Part shown: piece after piece, positions 27,128 to 37,414 of the stretch
Layout: the number at the start of each line of letters is the position of its first letter
How positions within the stretch are numbered: position 1 is the stretch's first letter
From: Spirochaetia bacterium
GTDB taxonomy: Bacteria; Spirochaetota; Spirochaetia; UBA9216
DNA length: 64,000 nt
NCBI GenBank assembly: GCA_963677925.2
Contig: CAXXYH010000003.1
Span: forward strand, 1,760,001 to 1,824,000
Reading direction: 5' to 3'
The notes under the pieces: generated by a model
Database searches by the model: none
Told to the model about the DNA's origin: nothing
What the model saw: only the letters and a program-made list of their open reading frames with translations
Program-made: the position numbers and the translations under genes

Positions 27128-28027
27128 TCAGGTCTTCCTGTGTTTAAATGCAGACACAAGAACCATGGCAATAACAGTAATGATGTAGGGAAACGCGAGA
27201 ATAAAATCTGCCGGGATGTGAATAAAACCCTGGGCATAATTGGAAAAACTTTCTGCAAGACCGAAGACAAAAGCCGCCCCGAGAATCCCTATCGGTGTTT
27301 TACCGCCCAGATAAATTACGACAAGGGCTATCCAACCCCGTCCTGCAGTGATGTTAGGCACATAGGCCCCTATCTTCAGCGTAAGCACAGCCCCGGCAAG
27401 TGCACATGTAAGCCCTGAAATAAGTATGGCAGACATCCTGTAATGGACAGGGTTCAGACCGAGAGCCTGCATGGCATGGGGGTTGCTTCCGGCAGCCCTG
27501 AGCCTGAAACCGTAGGGAGTTTTGTAAATAAGCAGGTATGAAACCAGCACACTCAGCCAACCCAGATACACAAGGATATTATGACCGAGGAGCAGATCTC
27601 CGATAACCGGTATTCCATGCAGCTCCGGTATATTGAGAACCGGAAGATCCGGCAGGTTGGAGAAGGTCAAAACTCCCTTTGTACCGAAAATATGAAAAGA
27701 AAGAACTGTAGTAAGACCGGTAGCGAAAAGGTTAGTGGCAAGGCCTGTGATGAAAACATTGGCCTTCATATATAGTGTTACCAGCCCGAATAAAAGTGAA
27801 AGGACTACTGTAAGCATTATCCCGGCCAGTATTCCCAGAGCAAGGCTTCCGGTTGCTGCAGTAAAAATAACACTGAAAAAAGCTCCGGTAAGCATAAGCC
27901 CTTCGAGGGCAATATTCAATATTCCGGCAAGCTCGGTAAGCAGCCCGCCGACTGCAGCCAGCAAGAAGGGAGTCATTATACTGACTGAATTATGGATAAC
28001 CGGAAGACTGAATTCTCCGCTGTTCAA
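27128..28027 (-). CDS. nucleoside/BMP-type ABC transporter permease (NupC-like)
   Basis: ELAGILNIALEGLML, TPYGFRLRAAG, GRGWIAL, FPYIIT. Confidence 0.9.
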   Translation of the reverse strand: MNSGEFSLPVIHNSVSIMTPFLLAAVGGLLTELAGILNIALEGLMLTGAFFSVIFTAATGSLALGILAGIMLTVVLSLLFGLVTLYMKANVFITGLATNLFATGLTTVLSFHIFGTKGVLTFSNLPDLPVLNIPELHGIPVIGDLLLGHNILVYLGWLSVLVSYLLIYKTPYGFRLRAAGSNPHAMQALGLNPVHYRMSAILISGLTCALAGAVLTLKIGAYVPNITAGRGWIALVVIYLGGKTPIGILGAAFVFGLAESFSNYAQGFIHIPADFILAFPYIITVIAMVLVSAFKHRKT

Positions 28028-29067
28028 ACGTAAGCCCTCCTGTATTTGAGCAGGTTATAGATAACCTTGGATGTTATAAAAAAGAAGATAACAGCCTGCG
28101 CAATTGTAGCCACTTCAATGGTAATATCCGAGTTGATCATCGCCGATTTTGCTCCGGCTTCAATGAAGGCAAAAAACAGGGCTGCCGGAACGACAGCTGC
28201 CGGATTATTTCCGGCAATCAGCGCAACGGCAATTCCATTCCAGCCGATGCCGCCTGAAAAGCCTTTTAGACTCATATGATAAGTACCAAGAACTGCAAGA
28301 CTGCCTGCCATACCATGGAATCCGCCGCTTATGGCCATCGGCAGGACCATGTACAGGCCTGTATTGATTCCCCCGTAGGCGGCAAACTTCGGATTAAGAC
28401 CGCAGATCCGCATTTCATAACCGGTTCTTGTCCGGAACAGAATAAAGTATGCGGCTGCAGCGGCAATAACCGCAATTATCACACTTGAATTGAGATTGGA
28501 CGGAGGAAATATTTTAGTCAGCCAGAAACGGACATCGACAGCAGGGGTGGTAAGCAGATTACTGGCGGTATCATTAAAGACCCCGGTTATCAGGTAATCA
28601 ACCACGTATATTACCGAAGCGGAAATCAGGAATGATGAAATAAGCTCATCGGTTCCCCATTTCATCCTGAAAAAGCCGGAGAGACCGGCTATAAAAGCGC
28701 TGACAATGACTGCAGAGATTACTGCAAGAACGATTCCCGAGATTCCGGGTAAGCCGGGCAGAAGCAGAAGAACCAGAGTTGCGGTAAATCCGCCGGCATA
28801 GACCTGCCCCTCCCCGCCCAGGTTATAAACAGAGCTTCTAAAGGCATATGAAATACCAAGCCCGGTCAATATCAGGGGGACTGCGGCATTGAGCATGTTA
28901 CCAAAGTAATATTTATTGGTAAAAGGTCCCGCAAAAAAGTAGTATATAGTATCAGACGGCGTTTTGCTGAAAACAAAGATAAGAACCAGAAGAACTATAA
29001 AGGCGGCAGCTATAGTAATAAGCGGCGAGGCAAAAGCTACAGCTGTATTTCTGCATAATTTCTTCAA
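28024..29067 (-). CDS. nucleoside/BMP-type ABC transporter permease (NupB-like)
   Basis: YNLGGEGQ, TRTGYEMR..G.N, GWNGIAVALIAGNNP. Confidence 0.9.
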   Translation of the reverse strand: MKKLCRNTAVAFASPLITIAAAFIVLLVLIFVFSKTPSDTIYYFFAGPFTNKYYFGNMLNAAVPLILTGLGISYAFRSSVYNLGGEGQVYAGGFTATLVLLLLPGLPGISGIVLAVISAVIVSAFIAGLSGFFRMKWGTDELISSFLISASVIYVVDYLITGVFNDTASNLLTTPAVDVRFWLTKIFPPSNLNSSVIIAVIAAAAAYFILFRTRTGYEMRICGLNPKFAAYGGINTGLYMVLPMAISGGFHGMAGSLAVLGTYHMSLKGFSGGIGWNGIAVALIAGNNPAAVVPAALFFAFIEAGAKSAMINSDITIEVATIAQAVIFFFITSKVIYNLLKYRRAYV

Positions 29068-30599
29068 AGTTCCGCCTCCTTAAGGCCCATCATATATTCA
29101 CCTATCAGCTCCCTGTTCAGATTCTCTGAATTAGGCTGTTTAAAAACAAAGCGCCCCCGGTACAGCACCATAACAGTATCCGAGAGGGTCAGAATTTCAT
29201 CAATATTAGAAGAAATGAGAATAACTGCGACTCCACGCTCCCTCATTTCAATTATCCGTTTATATATATACTCACTGCTTGCGATATCGAGGCCCCAGGT
29301 GGGTTCAGCAAATAGAACAACATCTCCGGCCGAATCGAGCTCCCTTGCAAGAATAACCTTCTGAATATTTCCGCCGGAGAGTGTTCCGATTGGAGCATCC
29401 CTGAAACCGTCTATCTGATAGGTTTTTATAAGTTTATCCGTATAATCATCGACAGCCTGACGATCAATGATTCCAGCCCTTCGTGTAAAGCTGCGCCGGC
29501 CGGTAATCATTACATTCTCACTCACTGCAGAAGACAGAGAAGCACCCCGCCAAAGCCTGTCGGTAGGCACATATGAAAGACCGCCTTCCCGGCGCAGAGC
29601 TGTATTATCGAAGGTGATGTCCTCATCGTTGTGGTAAATTTTTCCGCTGCTTACCCTTCGAAGACCGGCAATAACATCTTCAAGCTCAGCCAGACCGTTT
29701 CCGGCTACTGCAGTAATACCAACAACCTCACAGCCGGATGCACTGAAACTTATATCTTCAAGTACCGGACGGTCCTGATTTTTGTTGAGAAGATTCACTC
29801 CCTCCATCACAAGAACAGGCTCTCTGCATCCTTCCAATCTTTCGACTTCAGTCAGTTCTATACTTCGTCCTACCATCAGCCTGGAAAGTTCCTTACTGTC
29901 AACTGACACTGTATCGGCGACACCTACCACACAGCCTTTCCGCATTACGGTAATCCGGTCTGATATATCTTTAATCTCAGACAGCTTATGGGTGATAAGA
30001 ATCACGGTTTTTCCCTGAGCTACAAGCTTTTTAAGAGTTTTAAACAGTCTCTCAATCTCGATATCAGTCAGAACCGAGGTAGGTTCATCAAGGATGAGCA
30101 GATCAGCCTTACGGTAGAGCATTTTAAGGATCTCAACCTGCTGCATCTGCCCTACACTTAAATTTCGAATCTTTGCATCAGGTTTAATATGAAAATCATT
30201 TTCCTTAATAAGTCTTTCAACTGACTTAACGGCTGAAGACTGGCTGAAGAAAATACCGGCCTTAACCGGCTCAGCGCCCAGAACGACATTCTGAGCAACA
30301 GTAAACTCCTGAACCAGCCGGAAATGCTGCTGTACCATACCAATTCCCAGCTTTGAAGCCGTCATGGGACTTGTCATCTTCACTTCCCGGCCGTCAAGAA
30401 TTATTTTTCCGCTGTCAGGATGCTCAAGACCGTAGAGAATCTTCATTAGGGTAGTTTTACCCGCTCCGTTTTCTCCCGCTATCGCATGAATTTCACCCCT
30501 GCGTACTTCAATATCTACATCGGTATTGGCATACTGTCCGGTGACCGCATATTGTTTTGTGATTCCCCGCATCTGAAGCCAGGGTTCAACAATTTTCAT
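29064..30599 (-). CDS. nucleoside/BMP-type ABC transporter ATP-binding protein (NupA-like)
   Basis: GENGAGKTT, GMVQQHF, LILDEPTSVL, LSGGNIQKVILAREL. Confidence 0.93.
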   Translation of the reverse strand: MKIVEPWLQMRGITKQYAVTGQYANTDVDIEVRRGEIHAIAGENGAGKTTLMKILYGLEHPDSGKIILDGREVKMTSPMTASKLGIGMVQQHFRLVQEFTVAQNVVLGAEPVKAGIFFSQSSAVKSVERLIKENDFHIKPDAKIRNLSVGQMQQVEILKMLYRKADLLILDEPTSVLTDIEIERLFKTLKKLVAQGKTVILITHKLSEIKDISDRITVMRKGCVVGVADTVSVDSKELSRLMVGRSIELTEVERLEGCREPVLVMEGVNLLNKNQDRPVLEDISFSASGCEVVGITAVAGNGLAELEDVIAGLRRVSSGKIYHNDEDITFDNTALRREGGLSYVPTDRLWRGASLSSAVSENVMITGRRSFTRRAGIIDRQAVDDYTDKLIKTYQIDGFRDAPIGTLSGGNIQKVILARELDSAGDVVLFAEPTWGLDIASSEYIYKRIIEMRERGVAVILISSNIDEILTLSDTVMVLYRGRFVFKQPNSENLNRELIGEYMMGLKEAEL

Positions 30600-30659
30600 A
30601 GTTGCTAAAAAGAACCTCTTCCATCAAGTATAATATATAGATAACAATGAGACCATAAT

Positions 30660-30691
30660 AAAAGAGGGTGCCTTTAAATTAAGACACCCCC
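30660..30691 (-). terminator. hairpin/terminator after the BMP gene
   Basis: Minus strand GGGTGTCTT...AAGGCACCC followed by a T-rich tail. Confidence 0.6.
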
Positions 30692-30719
30692 GTAATTTTT
30701 ACATGTATTCAAGCGATAT

Positions 30720-31784
30720 TTACAGCTGAGGAATCTCAAGAACGAGCCCGCCTGAGGTTATGCTGTCTACAAGGATCTGCTGCTTCTCGCGAATTTCTGC
30801 GCTCACTGTATTAATATAATCGGGATCATCAGAAATAAACTCAACATATCCGTCTTTTGCATACAGTTTTACTGCCTTTCCGTATTCAACATTACCTTTA
30901 ATGGCATCTGAAACTACTTCATAAACGAGTCTGTCCTGATGAAGAGCACCGCTTCCTGCTATCACTCCCGGAGCCTTCGAATAACCGTTGTCGTCCCAGT
31001 ACATCACATATTTACCCCTCTCGGCACAAACCTCAAACACGCCCTGGGCAGCGCCGCCGCAAATTACCCCTATCACATCAACTCCGGAATCAATCATGCT
31101 CCTCGCAAGCTCTGCGGCCTTGTTGGCATCATACCAGTTTCCAATAACACGGTAATCAAGTGTAATTCCCGCGTTTACAGCCTTAGCTCCGTTTTCAAAA
31201 CCGGGAACCATCATTTTATTAAGAGCAGGATATTCCTGGGCAACAATGATACCGATCTTCAGATCGGCGTTAGCACCCTTCATATCACCGGTCGTTATAA
31301 GTCCGGCAAGGTGACCCAGCATATAAGACTGTTCAACCTGGTTATAAAGAAAGCTGGCCATCTGCGGATTGCCTTCGATAAAAGCATCTACAAAGATAAA
31401 TTTCTGATCGGGAAACTGCTGTGCAATATCCATACAGATATAAGGCATTGAAGGATTCGATGTAATAACAGCATCATAGACACCGGTGGCAACAACTGAG
31501 GTCATCTTCTCATTCCACTCTGCCTGATTGAAGCCGAGCTCTACAACCTTCATTGAAGCGCCCGGGGTTTCGGAAATCGCTCTTTCTGCACCTGATACAA
31601 GCTGCTCATATATTGCAGACCCCGCAGTAACTCCGGGAACAACAACCGCAAGCTTAAAATCTTCTGCGGCGGATGAAGTTTCTGTACCTTCGGAACTCTC
31701 TTTCTGTCCGCCGGCAAATACCATTGCAGGGACCGTAATTATCAGCAGAATTAATGCTGCCTTCATAAAATTATTCAGTTTCAT
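30720..31784 (-). CDS. BMP-family ABC substrate-binding protein
   Basis: Signal peptide VFAGGQKE; EQSYMLGHLAG, GFENGAKAVN, GNWYDANKA motifs; ATG 31784 after GGAG. Confidence 0.88.
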   Translation of the reverse strand: MKLNNFMKAALILLIITVPAMVFAGGQKESSEGTETSSAAEDFKLAVVVPGVTAGSAIYEQLVSGAERAISETPGASMKVVELGFNQAEWNEKMTSVVATGVYDAVITSNPSMPYICMDIAQQFPDQKFIFVDAFIEGNPQMASFLYNQVEQSYMLGHLAGLITTGDMKGANADLKIGIIVAQEYPALNKMMVPGFENGAKAVNAGITLDYRVIGNWYDANKAAELARSMIDSGVDVIGVICGGAAQGVFEVCAERGKYVMYWDDNGYSKAPGVIAGSGALHQDRLVYEVVSDAIKGNVEYGKAVKLYAKDGYVEFISDDPDYINTVSAEIREKQQILVDSITSGGLVLEIPQL

Positions 31785-31804
31785 ATTGCTCTCCATATAA
31801 AAAT

Positions 31805-32800
31805 CTAAAGATTTCCGATTGTAGCAACCATAACTGCCTTGATTGTATGCAGCCGGTTTTCAGCTTCATCAAAAACTTTTGAGAACCTGCTCCTGAACAC
31901 CTCGTCAGAGACCTCCATCTCTTTCAGTCCGTACTTTTTATTTATCTCCCTGCCGGTTTCTGTTTCAAGATCATGAAAAGCCGGAAGACAGTGCAGAAAA
32001 ATAACCTCATCATTTCCCGAAGCTTCCATCATCTTCATATCAACCCGGTAAGGTTCAAGAAGTTTTATTCTTTCTTCAAACTTATCCTCTTCCCCCATCG
32101 AAACCCATACATCTGTATAGATTGCATCTGCATCCTTTACACCGGCTTTAATATCATCAGTAATAACTATTTCAGAACCGGTCTCCTTGGCAAGAAGCGA
32201 GACCTCGTCAACCAGAGCCTTTTCAGGATACAGACTTGCGGGTGCCACAATAGTAAAATCCATACCGGTTTTTGCAGCACCTATCATCAATGAATTCGCT
32301 ACATTGTTTCTGCCGTCACCGACAAAAACCAGCTTGCATGCAGACAGCGGCTTGGTACTGTTTTCCATTATCGTAAGAAAATCAGCAAGAACCTGTGTAG
32401 GATGATAGAGATCGGTCAGCCCGTTCCATACCGGCACTCCTGAAAACCGAGCCAGCTGCTCTACAGTTTCCTGTTTATATCCCCGAAATTCAATACCGTC
32501 ATAAAAGCGGCCCAGAACACGGGCGGTATCTTCAACAGATTCCTTCTTGCCCATCTGGCTGTTTGTAAGGAAGGTAACATTTCCGCCCTCATCAAAAGCA
32601 GCAGTCTCAAAGGCACAGCGGGTTCTTGTTGATGTTTTTTCAAATATAAGACAGATATTTCTGCCTGACAGGAGGTTTCCTCTGATACCTGCACGCTTCT
32701 TGTTCTTCAGATCTGCAGACAGATCAAGCAGGTAATTAATTTCTTCGGTACTGAAATCCTTTAGAGTCAGAAAAGACCTGCCCCTGATGTTGATTGCCAT
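31805..32800 (-). CDS. argF: ornithine carbamoyltransferase
   Basis: [31 protein letters not shown]; start MAINIRGRS at 32800. Anabolic ArgF versus catabolic ArcB not distinguishable here. Confidence 0.92.
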   Translation of the reverse strand: MAINIRGRSFLTLKDFSTEEINYLLDLSADLKNKKRAGIRGNLLSGRNICLIFEKTSTRTRCAFETAAFDEGGNVTFLTNSQMGKKESVEDTARVLGRFYDGIEFRGYKQETVEQLARFSGVPVWNGLTDLYHPTQVLADFLTIMENSTKPLSACKLVFVGDGRNNVANSLMIGAAKTGMDFTIVAPASLYPEKALVDEVSLLAKETGSEIVITDDIKAGVKDADAIYTDVWVSMGEEDKFEERIKLLEPYRVDMKMMEASGNDEVIFLHCLPAFHDLETETGREINKKYGLKEMEVSDEVFRSRFSKVFDEAENRLHTIKAVMVATIGNL

Positions 32801-32918
32801 AAAAACACTCCTATAAAACAAATTGCGTAATAAAAGGTAGTAAACCTGATTATATTGTAAAGAGGCCCCCAAAAGCAAGGTTATTGACTGCAGATAGATA
32901 AAGTATTACCCTTCTCCA

Positions 32919-33662
32919 ATGACTATGAAATTAACAGATAAATCTACTTTTACAGCACTTTTTATACTTTTAGCTGTATTTTTCATTCTTCTCTCCGGGT
33001 GTTCTGTTCAGCAGCAGATAAGCCTTTCTCCGGACGGTTCAGGAACCGCAAAGATGGAGTCGGTTATTGACGATTCATTAATCTTTTACCTTGAGAGTCT
33101 TGCCGAATTAACCGGTGAAAGTACATCGGATGGGGAACTTTTCAACCTTGAAGAAATGAAACAGGGCATAGAAGTAAATCCCGGTGTCAGGGTAACCGGA
33201 ATGAGCAACGATGACAACCGTAAACTCTCGGTTTCCCTGGAGTTCGATGATATAGGCGCCCTTATCGAAGGTTCGACAGGAACTCTGAATAAACGGGCTA
33301 TTTCATTCACAAAAAACGGCAATGAAAGAACCATTTCCATCTACATTGACATCGACAATTTCAAGGATATTGCCCCCCTGTTTCCAGTAGTGGAGGATCC
33401 GCTTTTTGAAGCCTTCGGACCTATTTCAAATCAGGACACTGACGAAGAGGGATATCTTGAACTTATCGAATATGCACTTGGCGAGGGAGGCTCCGAACTG
33501 CTCTCAAAATCCTACATCACAACCGAAATAAAGGTAAAGGGAACCATCGTCTCACAGAAGGGCGGGACCCGGACAGGAGCAGATACTGTCAGCTTCAAAA
33601 TACCTCTTATCAGGGTCCTCCTGCTCGATAAACCGATAGACTATTCAATCACTTTCAAATAG
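32919..33662 (+). CDS. hypothetical lipoprotein (LppM-like)
   Basis: Hydrophobic signal with LSGC lipobox, then LSPDGSGT beta-rich domain. Confidence 0.7.
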   Translation: MTMKLTDKSTFTALFILLAVFFILLSGCSVQQQISLSPDGSGTAKMESVIDDSLIFYLESLAELTGESTSDGELFNLEEMKQGIEVNPGVRVTGMSNDDNRKLSVSLEFDDIGALIEGSTGTLNKRAISFTKNGNERTISIYIDIDNFKDIAPLFPVVEDPLFEAFGPISNQDTDEEGYLELIEYALGEGGSELLSKSYITTEIKVKGTIVSQKGGTRTGADTVSFKIPLIRVLLLDKPIDYSITFK

Positions 33663-33663
33663 T

Positions 33664-33695
33664 AAAAAAAGGGCTGACTTCTTATGAGTCAGCCC
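33664..33695 (-). terminator. intrinsic terminator between convergent genes
   Basis: GGGCTGACT...AGTCAGCCC stem with A7 on the left (U-tail on the minus strand). Confidence 0.8.
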
Positions 33696-33714
33696 CCATA
33701 TCTCTGCTTAACAG

Positions 33715-35919
33715 CTATTTGCTTACGGAAGCAAACTCAGCAGCTTTTTCACCTGCGATTTTGCCTGAGACAAAGGTCCAGGACTGAGCCTGTCCGGCCC
33801 ATGGTGTATATGCCTTTCCTGATGCATTGGTAACACCCTCCGAATCCTGCCCAACAGCAAAAAGATTCTCAATAACACTTCCGTCCTCTTTAAGAACATT
33901 CATGTTTTCATCGATATCGAGTCCTCCGACTGTCGCATAGGCATAACCGGCGGTTATTACTGCATAATATTCAGTATCTTCACCTCCGAGTGACCTGGCA
34001 AGCTCATCCGTATCGCAGCCGATAGCCGAAGCAAGCCCTGCAATACCGTCGGCCTTAATCACATTGCCGTAGCTTTCACCGACGGAAAGAATATCATAGA
34101 TGTCTGTTACCGGCACTCCGGTTGCAAACTCTCCACCCTGACCCATAAACATGGATGTAGCCTTTGCAAAACTGTCTCTAAGACCTGTCCGGGCAATCTC
34201 TGCAATTTCTTCTGCAGTATAAACAACATAATACTGATAACCGGGGGCAAAACATATTTCAACATTCAGCGCTTCATCCTGAGTACCGCTCTCATCGGTA
34301 TCACCCCAGATCTTTCCTTCAGTTGTTACACTCAGCTGATCGGTAGTAAGAGCCAGTGCAGAAAGGATTGCCTTCTGATTCGGGTTGAGATCGTTATTTT
34401 TGATCATATTCTTAACCTGTGAAATGTGAATCATTGGAAGGACATCCATATTCATGAGAGCGCCGCCTACTTCCTGAGCCATTCTGATTCCCGCACCGTT
34501 ATTAACTGTTACGCCAAGGGTGTTTACAGTGCTGCCAAGGTACTCCCTCATCATATGATCATTACCGATAAAACCGCCGGTAGCTATAATTACAGATTTT
34601 CCGTAGATATTGTATTTTGTTCCGTCATAGGAAGAACATCGCACACCTGTTACCTTTCCTGACTTATCGGTAATCAGCTTGTCGGCGGTCAGTTCAAGCA
34701 TGAAATCATTTTTAGCATTCAAGCCTTTTGCAATATCCATAGCCCTGTCAAACTGATAGGTTTTATTGGGTCCCAGTACATTCCAGGAGGTATTATCATT
34801 ATCTGCTGTATAAACACACCAGAGTTTATTCCATTCGGGCTTAACAAAGCTTCCCAGCATTCCGCCCAGACCTTCGAAGGCAAAACTGAACTTTTCTACG
34901 AAGAAATCCAGAGCAGAGCCAGATTCGTAAACAGCCTTTTTGATAACTTCAGGCTTTCCGTCATTTTCTACATAATCAATCCATGTTTCATAAACATCAT
35001 CTTCGTTAATGTAGTCTTTGCCGTCGTTGTAGAGATTTTTCAGATATTCAGAATTAAGAGCCATCGGCCCGTATGTACAGGCAGAATCACCGCCGAGTTT
35101 AGCGGCAGCCTCGATTCCGAACACTGACGCACCTTCAGACGCTGCTGAGCAGTAGGAGAGGATTCCCGATCCGCCAAGGCCTACAACTACTACATCGTAT
35201 CCCTTGAGATCAATCACTTCATTGCGCTTCTCAATTTCAGTATACCAGTCACTGCTTGCCCCGCCGGCCTGTTCAATTGCATCGGCAACACAGTCTCGAA
35301 CAGCATTGGATGAAAATGTTGCTCCGGTAACAGCATCAACTTCAAGTGACTGGTTCTCGAGTATTCTTGGAATATATTTATCAAGAACTGTATAAAACCA
35401 TTCACCGGTGAAGCTTTCATATTCTTCAACCACTTTAATATCAGTAATGGCATTATCAGCAAAGGTTACATCACAGGTCACCTGTCCGGTCCAGCTGAAT
35501 CCGGAAGCTGTAGCTGTATATGTACCGTCTGTTACAGGCATTTTCTCAGAAGGACCTGCAACAGCAGCCTTCGACAGGGCCTTTGACAGTGCCAGCTGCA
35601 CAGCCGACGATGTTGCGGATGCACCTGAAACTCCGTCAATTTCGGAGCTCTGAGCGTCCATAATCTGTTTAACAAGCGATTCAACAGCAGCCTGACCAAT
35701 GGCCTCTGTTTCACCAGAAAGATCAAGGTTGACAGCTGTTATGCTGTCTGCATCTACAGTAACCTCAACGGTTACTTCGCTTATTCCTTTAGCCGATGCA
35801 GAGTAAGTTCCGGGATTATATATTCCTGAGCTGTCTGTATCAACGCCTCCATTCCCTGCACAACCGGCCAGGGCTGCAATAACAGCAGCTGCCAGCAGCA
35901 GAACTCTAGTTAGTTTCAT
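33715..35919 (-). CDS. lipoprotein flavin reductase: two FMN-binding domains + FAD-binding flavocytochrome-c-like domain
   Basis: LAGC lipobox; flavinylation motifs DGVSGAS and DAVTGAT; DVVVVGLGGSG, IATGGF, NLFAVG. Confidence 0.85.
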   Translation of the reverse strand: MKLTRVLLLAAAVIAALAGCAGNGGVDTDSSGIYNPGTYSASAKGISEVTVEVTVDADSITAVNLDLSGETEAIGQAAVESLVKQIMDAQSSEIDGVSGASATSSAVQLALSKALSKAAVAGPSEKMPVTDGTYTATASGFSWTGQVTCDVTFADNAITDIKVVEEYESFTGEWFYTVLDKYIPRILENQSLEVDAVTGATFSSNAVRDCVADAIEQAGGASSDWYTEIEKRNEVIDLKGYDVVVVGLGGSGILSYCSAASEGASVFGIEAAAKLGGDSACTYGPMALNSEYLKNLYNDGKDYINEDDVYETWIDYVENDGKPEVIKKAVYESGSALDFFVEKFSFAFEGLGGMLGSFVKPEWNKLWCVYTADNDNTSWNVLGPNKTYQFDRAMDIAKGLNAKNDFMLELTADKLITDKSGKVTGVRCSSYDGTKYNIYGKSVIIATGGFIGNDHMMREYLGSTVNTLGVTVNNGAGIRMAQEVGGALMNMDVLPMIHISQVKNMIKNNDLNPNQKAILSALALTTDQLSVTTEGKIWGDTDESGTQDEALNVEICFAPGYQYYVVYTAEEIAEIARTGLRDSFAKATSMFMGQGGEFATGVPVTDIYDILSVGESYGNVIKADGIAGLASAIGCDTDELARSLGGEDTEYYAVITAGYAYATVGGLDIDENMNVLKEDGSVIENLFAVGQDSEGVTNASGKAYTPWAGQAQSWTFVSGKIAGEKAAEFASVSK

Positions 35920-36019
35920 TGAGTCTTCTCCTATAGTTAATTATTTATCAATAATACTATTAATGAATAAAAATGTAACTATTGAAGGCTTGGAATGAAG
36001 AGTTTTGGGAAGTAAAAAT

Positions 36020-36055
36020 AAAAAAAGGCTGACCGGAATCAAATCTCAGTCAGCC
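36020..36055 (-). terminator. intrinsic terminator of yajC-secDF
   Basis: GGCTGAC...GTCAGCC stem with an A-run on the left. Confidence 0.7.
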
Positions 36056-36079
36056 CCTCTATCATGTGCAGGAAAAGGA

Positions 36080-37414
36080 TTATTTTTTCTTCCTCTTTCC
36101 GCCTTTCTTTTTTCTTTCGAGATTAGGAATCTCAATTATCTTAGCTGAATCAGATTCTTCAGTTTCAGCAGATTCCTTTTTCTTAACCGTTTCGGAACTC
36201 ACTCCGTATTTCTGCTTATCCTTTGCAACCTTGCGGCTTCTTCGGCTGTTTATCCATCCAAGAAGGACCGGTGATGCAATGAAGATTGAAGAATATGTAC
36301 CTACAACAACACCGACTATCATAGCAAGAGCAAAGTCTTTAATCTGGCCGCTTGCAAAGATGTAGATTGCAAGAACAGCAAGAAGTGTAGTAAGCGATGT
36401 AATTATCGTTCTGCTGAGAGACTGTGTAATACTGGTATTAACAATAGTTTTAAGATCAGCATCTCTCATGAGATTTCTGTTTTCTCTGATTCGGTCAAAA
36501 ACAACGATAGTATCGTTGAGTGAGTAACCTACTATTGTAAGTACAGCAGCTACAGTTGCAGTAACAACTTCCATCTGTGTAAGACCGATGAATCCAAGCA
36601 TTATGAGCACGTCATGTGCAAGAGCTATAATGGCTGATACAGCAAAAGCAAGCTCAAACCTGAACCAGATGTAGATAAGAATAAGTGCAAGTGCAAGTGC
36701 AACAAGCAGGAATACCTGGTTTCCAAGGTCTGCTGAAAATCTGGGACCGACATAGTCGGACTGCTTCACGATTACAGAACCTGTTCCGTAAGCCTTCTCA
36801 AGAAGCTCGAGCACCTTATCGGAATAGACATTGCTGAAATCTTTTGTACCGTCATCCTGCAGGCGGATCAGGAACTCCTGATTGTCATCGCTTCCTACCA
36901 CCTGAATCTGCGGACTTCCTGTCTCAGCAAGAACCTCTCTGATTTCATCTATAGTTACCCAGCTGTCAGCACCTGCATTTGAGTAGTTTACATCTGCTTT
37001 CTCTTCAGAAAGGTCGATGAAATAGACAAATGAAAGTATCTTGTCAGCCGGAACATCAGCCTTCACAACATTTACTGTTACAGAAGGAACTTCAGACATC
37101 GCCTGTGCAAGATCACCGGATGTAGCGTAGTCAGCAAGCTGAAAAGCATAACTGTCGGTAGAACCGCTCTTGGTAAAGATATCAAAGGTAACTTCTTCAT
37201 TTAAGATGTTAAACCTTGCTTCTTCTTCACCGATATAGCTTACTTCCATAACAACAGGGGCAATCTGAATTCTCTGACTTAGTCCTGATTTGAAATCGAT
37301 ACCGAGGTTAAAACCTCCGTTTACAACTGTACCTGCAACACCTGCCAGGATCACCACAATTGAGACGGCGAACATGACGAAACGGATTTTTGTGAACTTA
37401 ATTACTCGTTTCAT
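36080..37414 (-). CDS. secF: protein translocase subunit SecF
   Basis: NLGIDFKSG, VGPRFS, HDV, GYSLNDTIVVFDRIREN, SRTIITS, GTYSSIFIA. Confidence 0.96.
   Translation of the reverse strand: MKRVIKFTKIRFVMFAVSIVVILAGVAGTVVNGGFNLGIDFKSGLSQRIQIAPVVMEVSYIGEEEARFNILNEEVTFDIFTKSGSTDSYAFQLADYATSGDLAQAMSEVPSVTVNVVKADVPADKILSFVYFIDLSEEKADVNYSNAGADSWVTIDEIREVLAETGSPQIQVVGSDDNQEFLIRLQDDGTKDFSNVYSDKVLELLEKAYGTGSVIVKQSDYVGPRFSADLGNQVFLLVALALALILIYIWFRFELAFAVSAIIALAHDVLIMLGFIGLTQMEVVTATVAAVLTIVGYSLNDTIVVFDRIRENRNLMRDADLKTIVNTSITQSLSRTIITSLTTLLAVLAIYIFASGQIKDFALAMIVGVVVGTYSSIFIASPVLLGWINSRRSRKVAKDKQKYGVSSETVKKKESAETEESDSAKIIEIPNLERKKKGGKRKKK

Noticed and set aside
2227-32800. An arginine deiminase operon from arcC + OTC
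   Set aside because: The genes are about 28 kb apart on opposite strands, and no arcA or arcD is in the window.
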